64,000 bases of DNA from positions 1-64,000 of IMG/VR virus record IMGVR_UViG_3300028591_000007. One strand, given 5' to 3'. Below the pieces are notes generated by a model, which saw only the letters and a program-made list of their open reading frames with translations, ran no database searches and was not told the DNA's origin. Below are positions 28,148 to 37,166 of this stretch, piece after piece. The position numbers were made by a program, and so were the translations under genes. Origin of the DNA: a virus. Taxonomy: Duplodnaviria; Caudoviricetes. Position 1 is the first letter of the stretch. Every line of letters begins with the position of its first letter.

Positions 28148-29065
28148 TTAGGCAATAATACCTTCTTTCTTCATTAATTCATAATCAGGTGTTAAGTTAT
28201 CAGTTCGTAAGAAACAATGTCCTGGTATGGAGTAATTGATATGTTCCGATATCTCACTAAGAGAGTAGTTCTTATTTGATTGTGCATCGTAAATAACAGG
28301 TTTACCGTCTTCTATTTGGTAGAACATGCTATGACCGCCGCCTTCTCTCCAGTATACCATAATATTTCCGTAAGATCCTTCGGGTTGTTTATTGAGTTGT
28401 TCAATTATATTATTGAAACGTCCCATTGTTGGATCTTTCTTTTCCTTATACCAGTTCTTAACATCTTTTGCGTAATAACCGTCTTTACTTGAACCTGCTT
28501 TAACATCATATCCTCTTCTCTTAAGATCTAAAGCAGTTGTGCAGAGCATACAGTTTTCTGTACGTCCCATTTTTCTCTTTGAATCAATATCCCAAAATGT
28601 CTTAGCAAACATACCATAACCATATTCTCTATTAATCATCTTCATATCATCTTTAATAGTAGCATCTGGATTAGATTTCAGCTTAAGACCAGTCTTAGGA
28701 TCAGTTTCTTCTGTCTTTCTATTCTCTTCCCATTTCTTGATATCACTTGAAACTTTTGCATTATGGATTGCATCACCAACTGTAGATAAACCTAACTCTA
28801 CAGCTAAACATGCTGCGCCTGCTGCTAATATTGGAGGAACAGCTGATGCAGGAATAGGAATTACTACACCAACTTTATCCTCTTGTTCTTTAGGTTCTCT
28901 AGCAGGTCCATAACCATATCTTTCACGGCCAGCTTGGGTGTAAGAACCATCTTTTTCTTGGAAGCGCCTTACACCCCATTTCTGACCGATTATACCATGA
29001 TGTTGCAAAGAGTTTTGTTTCTGTCTAGCCAACTCTAATTTTGAATAAAATTCTTGTTGTAGCAT
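28148..29065 (-). CDS. HHGxxGQKWGVRR-module protein with a C-terminal papain-fold (Tox-PL-like) domain
   Basis: LQHHGIIGQKWGVRRFQ; ENCMLC...LKRRGYDV...GGHSMFY...YDAQ. Confidence 0.75.
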   Translation of the reverse strand: MLQQEFYSKLELARQKQNSLQHHGIIGQKWGVRRFQEKDGSYTQAGRERYGYGPAREPKEQEDKVGVVIPIPASAVPPILAAGAACLAVELGLSTVGDAIHNAKVSSDIKKWEENRKTEETDPKTGLKLKSNPDATIKDDMKMINREYGYGMFAKTFWDIDSKRKMGRTENCMLCTTALDLKRRGYDVKAGSSKDGYYAKDVKNWYKEKKDPTMGRFNNIIEQLNKQPEGSYGNIMVYWREGGGHSMFYQIEDGKPVIYDAQSNKNYSLSEISEHINYSIPGHCFLRTDNLTPDYELMKKEGIIA

Positions 29066-29094
29066 AATTTATTGGTTCGCCTCCTATTTTATAC

Positions 29095-29508
29095 TCATTT
29101 TATATTTCTATTTCTTTTGTATTCTTCTTCAGTATAATTATCAGGATCTTGTAAATATTTTGCATATTCTTCAAGACGTTCTTCTTTAGTCATATTATCA
29201 TTATTCTTTATAATATCAACAAATTTCTTATCAAACATTTGTTTATTTTTAGCATGATCACTTTTTTCTTTTTGTCTTTCTTCAGAATATTTATTATTAT
29301 GTTGTTTATTTTTATCTTTATTATATTGTTCTTGAGTATAATAATATTTATAATGACCTGGTTCACCTTCACGTTTATAATATTTAGAATTTTCTTTTCT
29401 TGAACCAACTACACTATGCACGAGTGTGTCATATGCATATTTATTTTCATTTTGTAAGGAGTTCTTACTATAATTAGCTAAGTTATCATAAAACGAATTT
29501 CTATCCAT
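29095..29508 (-). CDS. Short KYY-module protein
   Basis: LVHS...KYYKREGEPGHYKYYYT. Confidence 0.75.
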   Translation of the reverse strand: MDRNSFYDNLANYSKNSLQNENKYAYDTLVHSVVGSRKENSKYYKREGEPGHYKYYYTQEQYNKDKNKQHNNKYSEERQKEKSDHAKNKQMFDKKFVDIIKNNDNMTKEERLEEYAKYLQDPDNYTEEEYKRNRNIK

Positions 29509-29523
29509 TATGATTCTCCTTCC

Positions 29524-29802
29524 TTACTTCATTAATTTACTTTCTAATTTGTCAATTCGTTTTTCAAGATGCTCGATATTTGCTTCGATTGCTGGGATTT
29601 TCTGAGCAAAGTTATTATGCTTGTCAACTGATTCTTTTAAATTACTTAATCGTTCTTCAATAATACCTTGCTGCTTATCCAACTTTGCATCCATTGCTGC
29701 TGACTGTTTGTTATTCATTACAATGTTTGATGTTATTGTTGCTATTGCGCCGATTAATGCTACAATAATTACTGCGATACTTGACGCGTCCATGTTTGTC
29801 AC
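29524..29802 (-). CDS. Holin-like membrane protein (TM plus coiled coil, V.KHNN motif)
   Basis: Adjacent to endolysin; N-terminal TM. Confidence 0.6.
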   Translation of the reverse strand: MTNMDASSIAVIIVALIGAIATITSNIVMNNKQSAAMDAKLDKQQGIIEERLSNLKESVDKHNNFAQKIPAIEANIEHLEKRIDKLESKLMK

Positions 29803-29814
29803 CTCCTATTTTTA

Positions 29815-30558
29815 TTAATAACTTGAACCTTTCCAGATCATATCAAGTTTCTTTGCAGTTTGTTTTCCAACAATACCATCAACTGCTAAATTATTATCTG
29901 CTTGAAAGTGTTTAATGGCACTATAAGTCTTTGAACCAAAGTCGCCATCAATCTTACCAAGTTCATAACCTTTCTTAGTTAACTGGTCCTGCAAGAGCTT
30001 AACATCAATACCTTTAGTACCTATTTTGAGTAATCTTGTAAGAACTGGTTTGTCATTCATTGGTGTATCATAATCGATCCAAGGAGCATAAGCCCAATAT
30101 GTCCAACCATGTTTATCTACAGATTCATATACACAATTTTCTTTACTTGATTTCATGTGTATGACCATGCCATTTGCGAGATAGATTCCAGTATGCTTTA
30201 TTGAGCTCGCAGATTTACCACGAAACAGTAGACATACAGAATGCAAAGGAAGTGTATCAATTGTACCTTTTCTATCATTTTTGACTTCATTGTAATACCC
30301 CTGAGCTGTTGTATCGTGACCAGAAAGAGCACAGTGCATTCCTGAACAATCGCTTCCTGGTTTACCATTACCTTCTTTAAGTTTCTTATCATAGTATGCT
30401 CTATCATAAGTTGCAGAATGATAATCTCTATAAGCCTTATCAATAGTTTCTTTTGTTATGATAGTTTCCGTATCAAAACCCCATATATAGACCGTATGAT
30501 CGTCTCTAACTTTAATATAAAAGTTCTTCGCTTCTTTTTGACTAAATTTGTTGCTCAT
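29815..30558 (-). CDS. Endolysin: NlpC/P60-type domain plus peptidoglycan-binding domain
   Basis: Y.WG...DCSG...HTGIY...IH; G.DVK.LQ..L...GY..G.IDG.FG..T..AIK.FQ....L.VDGIVG..T. Confidence 0.85.
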   Translation of the reverse strand: MSNKFSQKEAKNFYIKVRDDHTVYIWGFDTETIITKETIDKAYRDYHSATYDRAYYDKKLKEGNGKPGSDCSGMHCALSGHDTTAQGYYNEVKNDRKGTIDTLPLHSVCLLFRGKSASSIKHTGIYLANGMVIHMKSSKENCVYESVDKHGWTYWAYAPWIDYDTPMNDKPVLTRLLKIGTKGIDVKLLQDQLTKKGYELGKIDGDFGSKTYSAIKHFQADNNLAVDGIVGKQTAKKLDMIWKGSSY

Positions 30559-30781
30559 GTTTATTTATCCTCCTCTCATTAATAATATCTTTGACAGAAG
30601 GAGAATTAGGCAAGAGTTCCCAATTATCAGGATTTTCATTAAATATTGGTAATATTATACCATATAATTTATCCTCTGCCAATAAACAACCTTCTTTAGC
30701 CAAAGTATCAAGTCTTCCCAGTATCACCACTGTCCTGTCGCTTTGTTTGTTCTTGTATGTTTTTCCTATCTCGAGACTCAT
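30542..30781 (-). CDS. Hypothetical protein
   Basis: AGGAGG RBS before MSLEIG. Confidence 0.6.
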   Translation of the reverse strand: MSLEIGKTYKNKQSDRTVVILGRLDTLAKEGCLLAEDKLYGIILPIFNENPDNWELLPNSPSVKDIINERRINKHEQQI

Positions 30782-30902
30782 TGTCTTTATCCTCCTTTCT
30801 GTCTTTTTCAAACCATTCACTGACTCTTGTAATACCTGATACTATTAACATTAGTGCAAGTAATAACAAGAGTCCAGCAAATGTTTGTATTATAGGGTTC
30901 AT
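30708..30902 (-). CDS. Small membrane protein in the lysis cassette
   Basis: TM helix; coupled to holin stop. Confidence 0.5.
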   Translation of the reverse strand: MNPIIQTFAGLLLLLALMLIVSGITRVSEWFEKDRKEDKDNESRDRKNIQEQTKRQDSGDTGKT

Positions 30903-31162
30903 TTTGTATCACCATCAGTGATGTTCTGCTGTTCAAATATCTTATCGGTTTCTTCTTTTTCTTTCTTGTAAGCACTTGTAGATACACCAATAAGTGTACC
31001 AATTAAAGTACCAACAGCAGATATGATTGTAACAATTACATTAACTGTCTTAGGATCAACATCGAGTACACCTAATACAACAGATAAGAATGTTACAAGT
31101 GCGGGAATGCAGATTAATGCAATCCACTTCAATACGTTATATATATGATCCGGGATTCTCAT
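30899..31162 (-). CDS. Holin (Dp-1-type)
   Basis: Y.VLKWIALI..PAL.T...TII.A..T.IG.LIGVS...Y. Confidence 0.8.
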   Translation of the reverse strand: MRIPDHIYNVLKWIALICIPALVTFLSVVLGVLDVDPKTVNVIVTIISAVGTLIGTLIGVSTSAYKKEKEETDKIFEQQNITDGDTK

Positions 31163-31178
31163 ATTATTTTCCTCCTTC

Positions 31179-32138
31179 TTAAATTTTACATATAATGTTT
31201 GTATGTTCTATAGTTCCACTCTTATTAGATTTTGTAAATGCTTTTTTCTTTGTTAATGGTGTTAGTAAAATATTATTAGTAATATAAATATCTTTACAAA
31301 TACCTTCACCATTCTTAGCATCTACTTTTGCACCAGTTGTAGTATAGCTATAACTCTTTGAATAGATTCTAGCTATTTTAGGACAATCAAATTTATTCTC
31401 ATGTACTTCTACATTCTCCATTGATATAAATGATAAACAAGGATATACATCTTTATTATTTATCTTGCAATGGAATTCATTATTTAATATCTTTATATTT
31501 GTATGTTTCCTAGTATTATTCTGCTGAGCATGTTCTCCAATACAAACATAAGGATAATCTCTATAATCAGATTTTGTAAATAAACAATCACTTATAGTAA
31601 TATTGCTACAACAAGTTCTATCATAACATTTAGATTTACTATTAGAATCTTTCAATACAAATGCAGCATAACCAGCATAATCTAATTGTATACATTCCTT
31701 GTAAGCACTATCAGGATTTTTTAAATTATATCCTAAAAACTTACAATCCTTCACAGTAACATTCTTACATGAATTAAATTCAATACCATGGCAGAGAATA
31801 TCTTTAAAAGTAACATTTATTAAAGTTATATCGTGAGAATGGAAGAAGGTTATAAGATTATCATATGAATAACCTCCAAAACCTTCTAATGTTCCATTCT
31901 TTATCACAATATTACCATCACCATTATATCCAGTAGTATTATTATTCACTTTATTTAAGAATATTGATTGTATACTCTTTTTTCTTTGTAAGACTGCTCC
32001 ATTCAAATCAATTGTTGTATTAGAAGATACTATAAGTTGTTTAGTTATTTTGTAATTACCTGGACTAAATGTTATTGAACCTTTTTCATTTAATTTTGTT
32101 TGAATGGTTTTCATATCATCAGTTTTATTTACTAACAT
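31179..32138 (-). CDS. Right-handed parallel beta-helix (pectin-lyase-like) protein, possible depolymerase
   Basis: PG.YKI..L...SNT.I; repeated NITI.N/D C.F rungs. Confidence 0.75.
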   Translation of the reverse strand: MLVNKTDDMKTIQTKLNEKGSITFSPGNYKITKQLIVSSNTTIDLNGAVLQRKKSIQSIFLNKVNNNTTGYNGDGNIVIKNGTLEGFGGYSYDNLITFFHSHDITLINVTFKDILCHGIEFNSCKNVTVKDCKFLGYNLKNPDSAYKECIQLDYAGYAAFVLKDSNSKSKCYDRTCCSNITISDCLFTKSDYRDYPYVCIGEHAQQNNTRKHTNIKILNNEFHCKINNKDVYPCLSFISMENVEVHENKFDCPKIARIYSKSYSYTTTGAKVDAKNGEGICKDIYITNNILLTPLTKKKAFTKSNKSGTIEHTNIICKI

Positions 32139-32154
32139 TTTATTAGTTCCTCCT

Positions 32155-32170
32155 TATACCTATTTTGATT
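32155..32170 (-). promoter_or_regulatory. Late-gene motif TCAAAAT(A/G)(G/A)GTA (also ~18085, 23420, 27045, 28140, 35542, 36265, 37158, 40762, 44283, 48175, 49678, 49730, 49782, 53996)
   Basis: Usually just upstream of RBSs of minus-strand late genes. Confidence 0.65.
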
Positions 32171-32185
32171 TGTTTTAAGAAAAGT

Positions 32186-35100
32186 CTACGATACTCCAAT
32201 AACACAATCCATAACATTACTGCTTAACTCGTCATCATTATTATCAGTTGTAACTATACAGAAATAATAAGTACTATCGTAAGTTAATCCAGTAATATCT
32301 TTAGTTGTTTCTTTCTCGCTAAGAGTAGTAACAATATTATCAGTATCATCACAATTAGGATTCTCACCAATCTTACCATAAAGTTTAATTGATTTGAATG
32401 TTGTACTATCAGGTTGAACTAAAGTATAATCAATTGTTGCAGTGTTATCATTCACATCTATTGAGTTAATAACGGGAGACAATGAATTATTACCAGTTTC
32501 AACTTTAATAGTTTTAGTAAATGTGTAATACCTTATTGGATGCTCTGGGTCGCTATCATCTGCCGTATAATACGGAAAGAATCCATAGTAATAAGTCTTA
32601 CCTATTTTGATGTCTTCATCCTTATATCCTTTAGTCTTATATTTATCTCTTGTTTGAACAGATACAACTTTCTTACCGTCCCATCTGTGAAGCGGTGCAG
32701 AATCTTCTTTACGAACTATTGTTGTTCCTTCCCAATTACAAGGATAAGGTTCCCATGTATCAATATCTGGTGGATCAGTCCATTTAAGCTGGATGTAGGG
32801 TTTTGAACCTTGATCAAAAGTACCTTCAAATTTTGGATATTGACTTTCTTGTACCCAAAATCCAGGATATTGATATCTTGCAGTTGCATGCCAATGATCA
32901 GTTCCATATCTTGACATCGCTAATTCTGCATAATCTCCAAATTGTGCTTGAGAAATTACTGGATCAGTTATTCGTGTTCCTCCGTATTCTTCATATTTCC
33001 AAGAACCACCCCCATATGTGTGATAATTTGGATTATAATTAATTATATAAACTTCATAAGATTCTATATCTATTACTTTTGTTATAATTGTATTTTCAGT
33101 TTGACCAAGTATTTCTTCTTCTGTTGGATAATAATCTTCTTGTCCTAAAAAGTGTTCTGCATTATATGAAGAATAATCATAAATATTTTTACCAAATAAA
33201 TCTCTATAACCTTGCCATTCTTTTGTTCCAACATATGTCCAAGAACCATTAATATAAACATATAAAGGCCAACAAAAATCATTATCTGGATCATTTACAT
33301 CTTGATGTACTACTGGGTCATCATGCTGGTAATTTTTAACTTGTACATAATCACCTTCAATAATATCTATTTGTTGTCCACCAACAGTAATAGGATTAGT
33401 AGTATCACCATCTTTTATATAAGAGTCTGCAGGATATGAAGAAGTCATATATAAATGATTTTGACTTAAATCCAGAGTGCCCGCTGTCCCCTTAACAAAC
33501 ACAGCTTCACAATTCATTGGTTCGTCAAGTAATCTATAACCACAGTTACGCATATATTCAATTAAATCAAATGGCGTCATTAATTCAATATTATTTTGAT
33601 CGTTTGAACCAGATTTAGAACTAGCTTGATAATTTGTAAAGACTGGACTACGCATATCACCTTTTGCAGTATACTTATCCATCATCTTTTGTATACCTTC
33701 AAGTTCTCTCTCTAATATATATGTATAAAAGTGAGACTCTTCTCCAGTTATTTTATCAGTAAAATCAATTCTAATTCTATCACCAGTATCTCTTACAAGA
33801 TCTGCAAATGTAGTTAATTGACATGGTGTATATATTCTATTTCTTATATTATTATATCCTTGATTAAACAAAGCGTCAGGTGATACAGTTCCTTTTGCAA
33901 TATCTTTACCAAACAATTTATTTCTTATTACTTTATACTTGTTAATCATTTTCTTAATATCTTCATTATCAGATTTTGTAACAAGATAAGAACAAAACAT
34001 ATTATTAGTACAAGTAAATGTTTGTATTTGTGATTTCTGTTCAGCAGCATATTGTGCTTTATTCAACTTGTGATAATTTATTTCGGTATTATCATCTAAT
34101 ATAAATTTCATTACCAAAATATCTTGAACTTGATAATAGTCATGTTGAAAACCTTTAACTATTTCACTGTTATCAAATTTAGATTCTGGTATTTTATCAA
34201 TATTATCATCTTCATCAACGCTTGGTAATGGTTTGAATGATAATATACATCTTTCATAGTTATTATATTTACTTGGATGTTTTTCTTCCGGTGTTGGTTT
34301 GATTGTTTCTGGATCAACAAAGTAACCATCTTTGAATCTATCAGTTCTTATAATAGGATAACGTCCAGCTAATAATCCAATATCTTCTAAGAATTTACCA
34401 GCAGATAAAGCACCAGCACTCATAATTTTTGGATCTTGATAAAACTCTAATTCAAGTATATCCATATATCCATAACGTTCATATTCTTCTTCGCCTGGTT
34501 CGGATGGTATATACCTTTCATTTCCTTTTTTAAGAATATCTTCGTCGATCATTATTGGCATACCAAGACCAGTATAACCATTACCTTCTTCATAATCATC
34601 TCTACCATATTCATAGGGATTAGTTATTGTATTACCAACCTTCATTACAATTTTCTTTTCTTTTGTTTCTGGATCTATTTCTGGTTCATAAACAACTGGA
34701 TCATATGCTGCTAAATGTTCTATCAAATCAGTTAATGCTTCTTTAATAGTCCATTTTTTTTTAGGATCTCGTATCCAGTTCTCATCCCAATCATCTGGTT
34801 TCTTAACTTCTTCACCAGATTCATTTGTCATATCTTCATAATCTGATTGTAGTTTATTAATGCCTTCAAATAAATGTTTATACCAGTTGAATATATCCAT
34901 TTCTCTTAACCACATTAAGAAATCATATCCGGTTATCTGTCTTGAATAACCATCATCAACTAGTTTATCTTCTTCAATTTTAAACATTCCAAGATAGATT
35001 AATGTAGAAGAATCACCATTGAAATACATATATGCTTCAACACAGGCATTACCAAGTAATTCACCAACAATCTTTCTTTCAGTTCCATTTGGGTCTGTTT

Positions 35101-35518
35101 CTACAAATTCATATTTTTGAAGATTTGGTATAACGGGTTCCCAGTATCCTTTTTCTTCATTATATTCTTTTTCATTCCTTATAGTAAACTGTATTTGTGC
35201 AGCATTACAAGATGAGAATGTTAAATTGTTATCAGAATTTAATGAATTAGAATATTTAAACTTTTCTTTAACAATATCTTTATTTGTAATAACCCATTCT
35301 ACTGGTTTATAAATGTAATTTCCATGACTATCTTTTGCAGGTATTGGTTTCTTATTTGGTTCATCACCAATCCATTCCCATTCGGGCATTTTTGATGTTA
35401 TTATTGGTTCGGAACCAGGTACTTTTTCAACTTCAGTAGCATGAGGGACTATTAAGATGTCTCGATGCACGCCCTTACCAAATTCATCTCTTATATCACT
35501 TGTATAATCCCAACGCAT
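32186..35518 (-). CDS. Tail-tip/host-specificity-like protein, paralog 3 (MRWDY family), with FN3-like C-terminal domains
   Basis: High identity to 37167-40727 and 40756-44259; LKW.DP...YYYGFFPY and GL..DSTYYFC motifs; tail-module position. Confidence 0.7.
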   Translation of the reverse strand: MRWDYTSDIRDEFGKGVHRDILIVPHATEVEKVPGSEPIITSKMPEWEWIGDEPNKKPIPAKDSHGNYIYKPVEWVITNKDIVKEKFKYSNSLNSDNNLTFSSCNAAQIQFTIRNEKEYNEEKGYWEPVIPNLQKYEFVETDPNGTERKIVGELLGNACVEAYMYFNGDSSTLIYLGMFKIEEDKLVDDGYSRQITGYDFLMWLREMDIFNWYKHLFEGINKLQSDYEDMTNESGEEVKKPDDWDENWIRDPKKKWTIKEALTDLIEHLAAYDPVVYEPEIDPETKEKKIVMKVGNTITNPYEYGRDDYEEGNGYTGLGMPIMIDEDILKKGNERYIPSEPGEEEYERYGYMDILELEFYQDPKIMSAGALSAGKFLEDIGLLAGRYPIIRTDRFKDGYFVDPETIKPTPEEKHPSKYNNYERCILSFKPLPSVDEDDNIDKIPESKFDNSEIVKGFQHDYYQVQDILVMKFILDDNTEINYHKLNKAQYAAEQKSQIQTFTCTNNMFCSYLVTKSDNEDIKKMINKYKVIRNKLFGKDIAKGTVSPDALFNQGYNNIRNRIYTPCQLTTFADLVRDTGDRIRIDFTDKITGEESHFYTYILERELEGIQKMMDKYTAKGDMRSPVFTNYQASSKSGSNDQNNIELMTPFDLIEYMRNCGYRLLDEPMNCEAVFVKGTAGTLDLSQNHLYMTSSYPADSYIKDGDTTNPITVGGQQIDIIEGDYVQVKNYQHDDPVVHQDVNDPDNDFCWPLYVYINGSWTYVGTKEWQGYRDLFGKNIYDYSSYNAEHFLGQEDYYPTEEEILGQTENTIITKVIDIESYEVYIINYNPNYHTYGGGSWKYEEYGGTRITDPVISQAQFGDYAELAMSRYGTDHWHATARYQYPGFWVQESQYPKFEGTFDQGSKPYIQLKWTDPPDIDTWEPYPCNWEGTTIVRKEDSAPLHRWDGKKVVSVQTRDKYKTKGYKDEDIKIGKTYYYGFFPYYTADDSDPEHPIRYYTFTKTIKVETGNNSLSPVINSIDVNDNTATIDYTLVQPDSTTFKSIKLYGKIGENPNCDDTDNIVTTLSEKETTKDITGLTYDSTYYFCIVTTDNNDDELSSNVMDCVIGVS

Positions 35519-35556
35519 GTAATATTTGTCTCCTTTCTACCTATTTTGAATTATTC

Positions 35557-36246
35557 CTATGTATTTTCTCGTAGAAATGTTATCCTAGCATATCCATTAC
35601 CAATTTTAGGCTTGCCACTTACAGGAGTTTCACTTGCTTCATTTACTGATTCTGTCTTTGTCGATTCAGCACTTGAAGTGGAAATATTATAACCAACCAT
35701 CTTTTTATTAGATAATAGAGAATTACCAATATATCCTGAGCCTGCTCCACCACCAGTATTTTTATCAACTAATGAACCATTTATGTATAAGTTTTCATAA
35801 TTTGCAGTTGTATAAAATATGTATGGCGGAAGACTTTCATTAGAATTAGAATCATATGAATAATTTTTTCCTTCATAATTTCTAGTTGATAAGTTCCAAG
35901 CTACAGATTGAGCTTCTATACCATCACTGATATGAAACTTTGAACCATATAATACATTACTTCCAGAAAGATTTATTGATTGGTCATATGCTATACAATT
36001 GTCAACACCACTTACAAGATCATTACGAAGATATAAATCAGTTACATCATCTATATGATTTAGCCTAAACAAATAACCATAAGCAGTACTATAAGAATTC
36101 ATTAATAGAGTATTACAATTAGGAACAAGTTCTTGACCCATTGCCATTAATTCATCAAGTGTCAAACTAAGTGTTTCGCCTGTCCATGAACTTCTTAAAG
36201 TAACAACTGTGCTTCCAGGTGGTTGTAATAAACCTTTAACTCCCAT
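35557..36246 (-). CDS. Unique N-domain plus the C-terminal third of a glycine-rich domain
   Basis: GGGAGSGYIGNSLLSNKKM...GNGYARIT. Confidence 0.75.
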   Translation of the reverse strand: MGVKGLLQPPGSTVVTLRSSWTGETLSLTLDELMAMGQELVPNCNTLLMNSYSTAYGYLFRLNHIDDVTDLYLRNDLVSGVDNCIAYDQSINLSGSNVLYGSKFHISDGIEAQSVAWNLSTRNYEGKNYSYDSNSNESLPPYIFYTTANYENLYINGSLVDKNTGGGAGSGYIGNSLLSNKKMVGYNISTSSAESTKTESVNEASETPVSGKPKIGNGYARITFLRENT

Positions 36247-36273
36247 TTATATTTCCTTTCTACTCATTTTGAA

Positions 36274-37029
36274 TTATACAACAATACCTTTATACCCACC
36301 ATACAGACCGCCACCTCCACCAGATACATTAGAACTAGATTCACCTTGTCCAAAAGCATATCCAGTAGTCTGATCTGCAGAATTAGTACTATTTCCGCTT
36401 ATACCGCCAGCATCCGCTCCTGTGTATTCCGTTTCACCAATAAGCATACCACCACCGCCTCCACCTGAGACAATCAATATATCTGAGAGATTGTTGGAAA
36501 GTGATGATAACTGTCCTGTGACTTTGGCTATATGTGTTGCTCCACCACCATTGGATATGTAAGTTTGGACAGGAGGTATATAGCTCTTTATTGCAAGATA
36601 TGTATTACGTTGGTCTTCTGGTCGACCTTCTGAAACCATAGGATAGATACGATATTGACTTGGGTATGAAACTGAATGATAACATGAATAAAACATACCG
36701 ATTTCATTTGTTTCATCTACAGCAAAACCAAAACCAATAAAATCCATATCATTATATCCACCAGAACTTGCACCACCGCAAACTTGATTATTATAATATA
36801 ATTGAAAACCATATTGGTTCGGATAAGTGGATGCTAATGCATCTATTTTCATTATACCATTGTCATAGATGGTGTGCCACTCGTTATCTACTGTTATATA
36901 CCCGATAAGATTAGTACCTTCAATATATAAATCATTATTGTCACTGACTGGATAATTATAATAATCGGTACTTAATGATTTACTAGTAACAAAATTATCA
37001 AGTGTTAAATCTACAACTTCCCAAGCCAC
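36274..37029 (-). CDS. Unique N-domain plus the middle third of a glycine-rich domain
   Basis: GGGATHIA...LSSL...ILIVSGGGGG...FGQG...GGGGGLYGG. Confidence 0.75.
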   Translation of the reverse strand: MAWEVVDLTLDNFVTSKSLSTDYYNYPVSDNNDLYIEGTNLIGYITVDNEWHTIYDNGIMKIDALASTYPNQYGFQLYYNNQVCGGASSGGYNDMDFIGFGFAVDETNEIGMFYSCYHSVSYPSQYRIYPMVSEGRPEDQRNTYLAIKSYIPPVQTYISNGGGATHIAKVTGQLSSLSNNLSDILIVSGGGGGGMLIGETEYTGADAGGISGNSTNSADQTTGYAFGQGESSSNVSGGGGGLYGGYKGIVV

Positions 37030-37166
37030 ACTCTCACCCTTCTTTCCATAAAATATCTATAATCTTACGCCTTACACCAATTAAGGTATTATTCCCAATT
37101 GTAAGCGACCCACTCCATCACGTCTACAGCCTTTCCGCCACCGAGTTGTTTACTACCTATTTTGAA

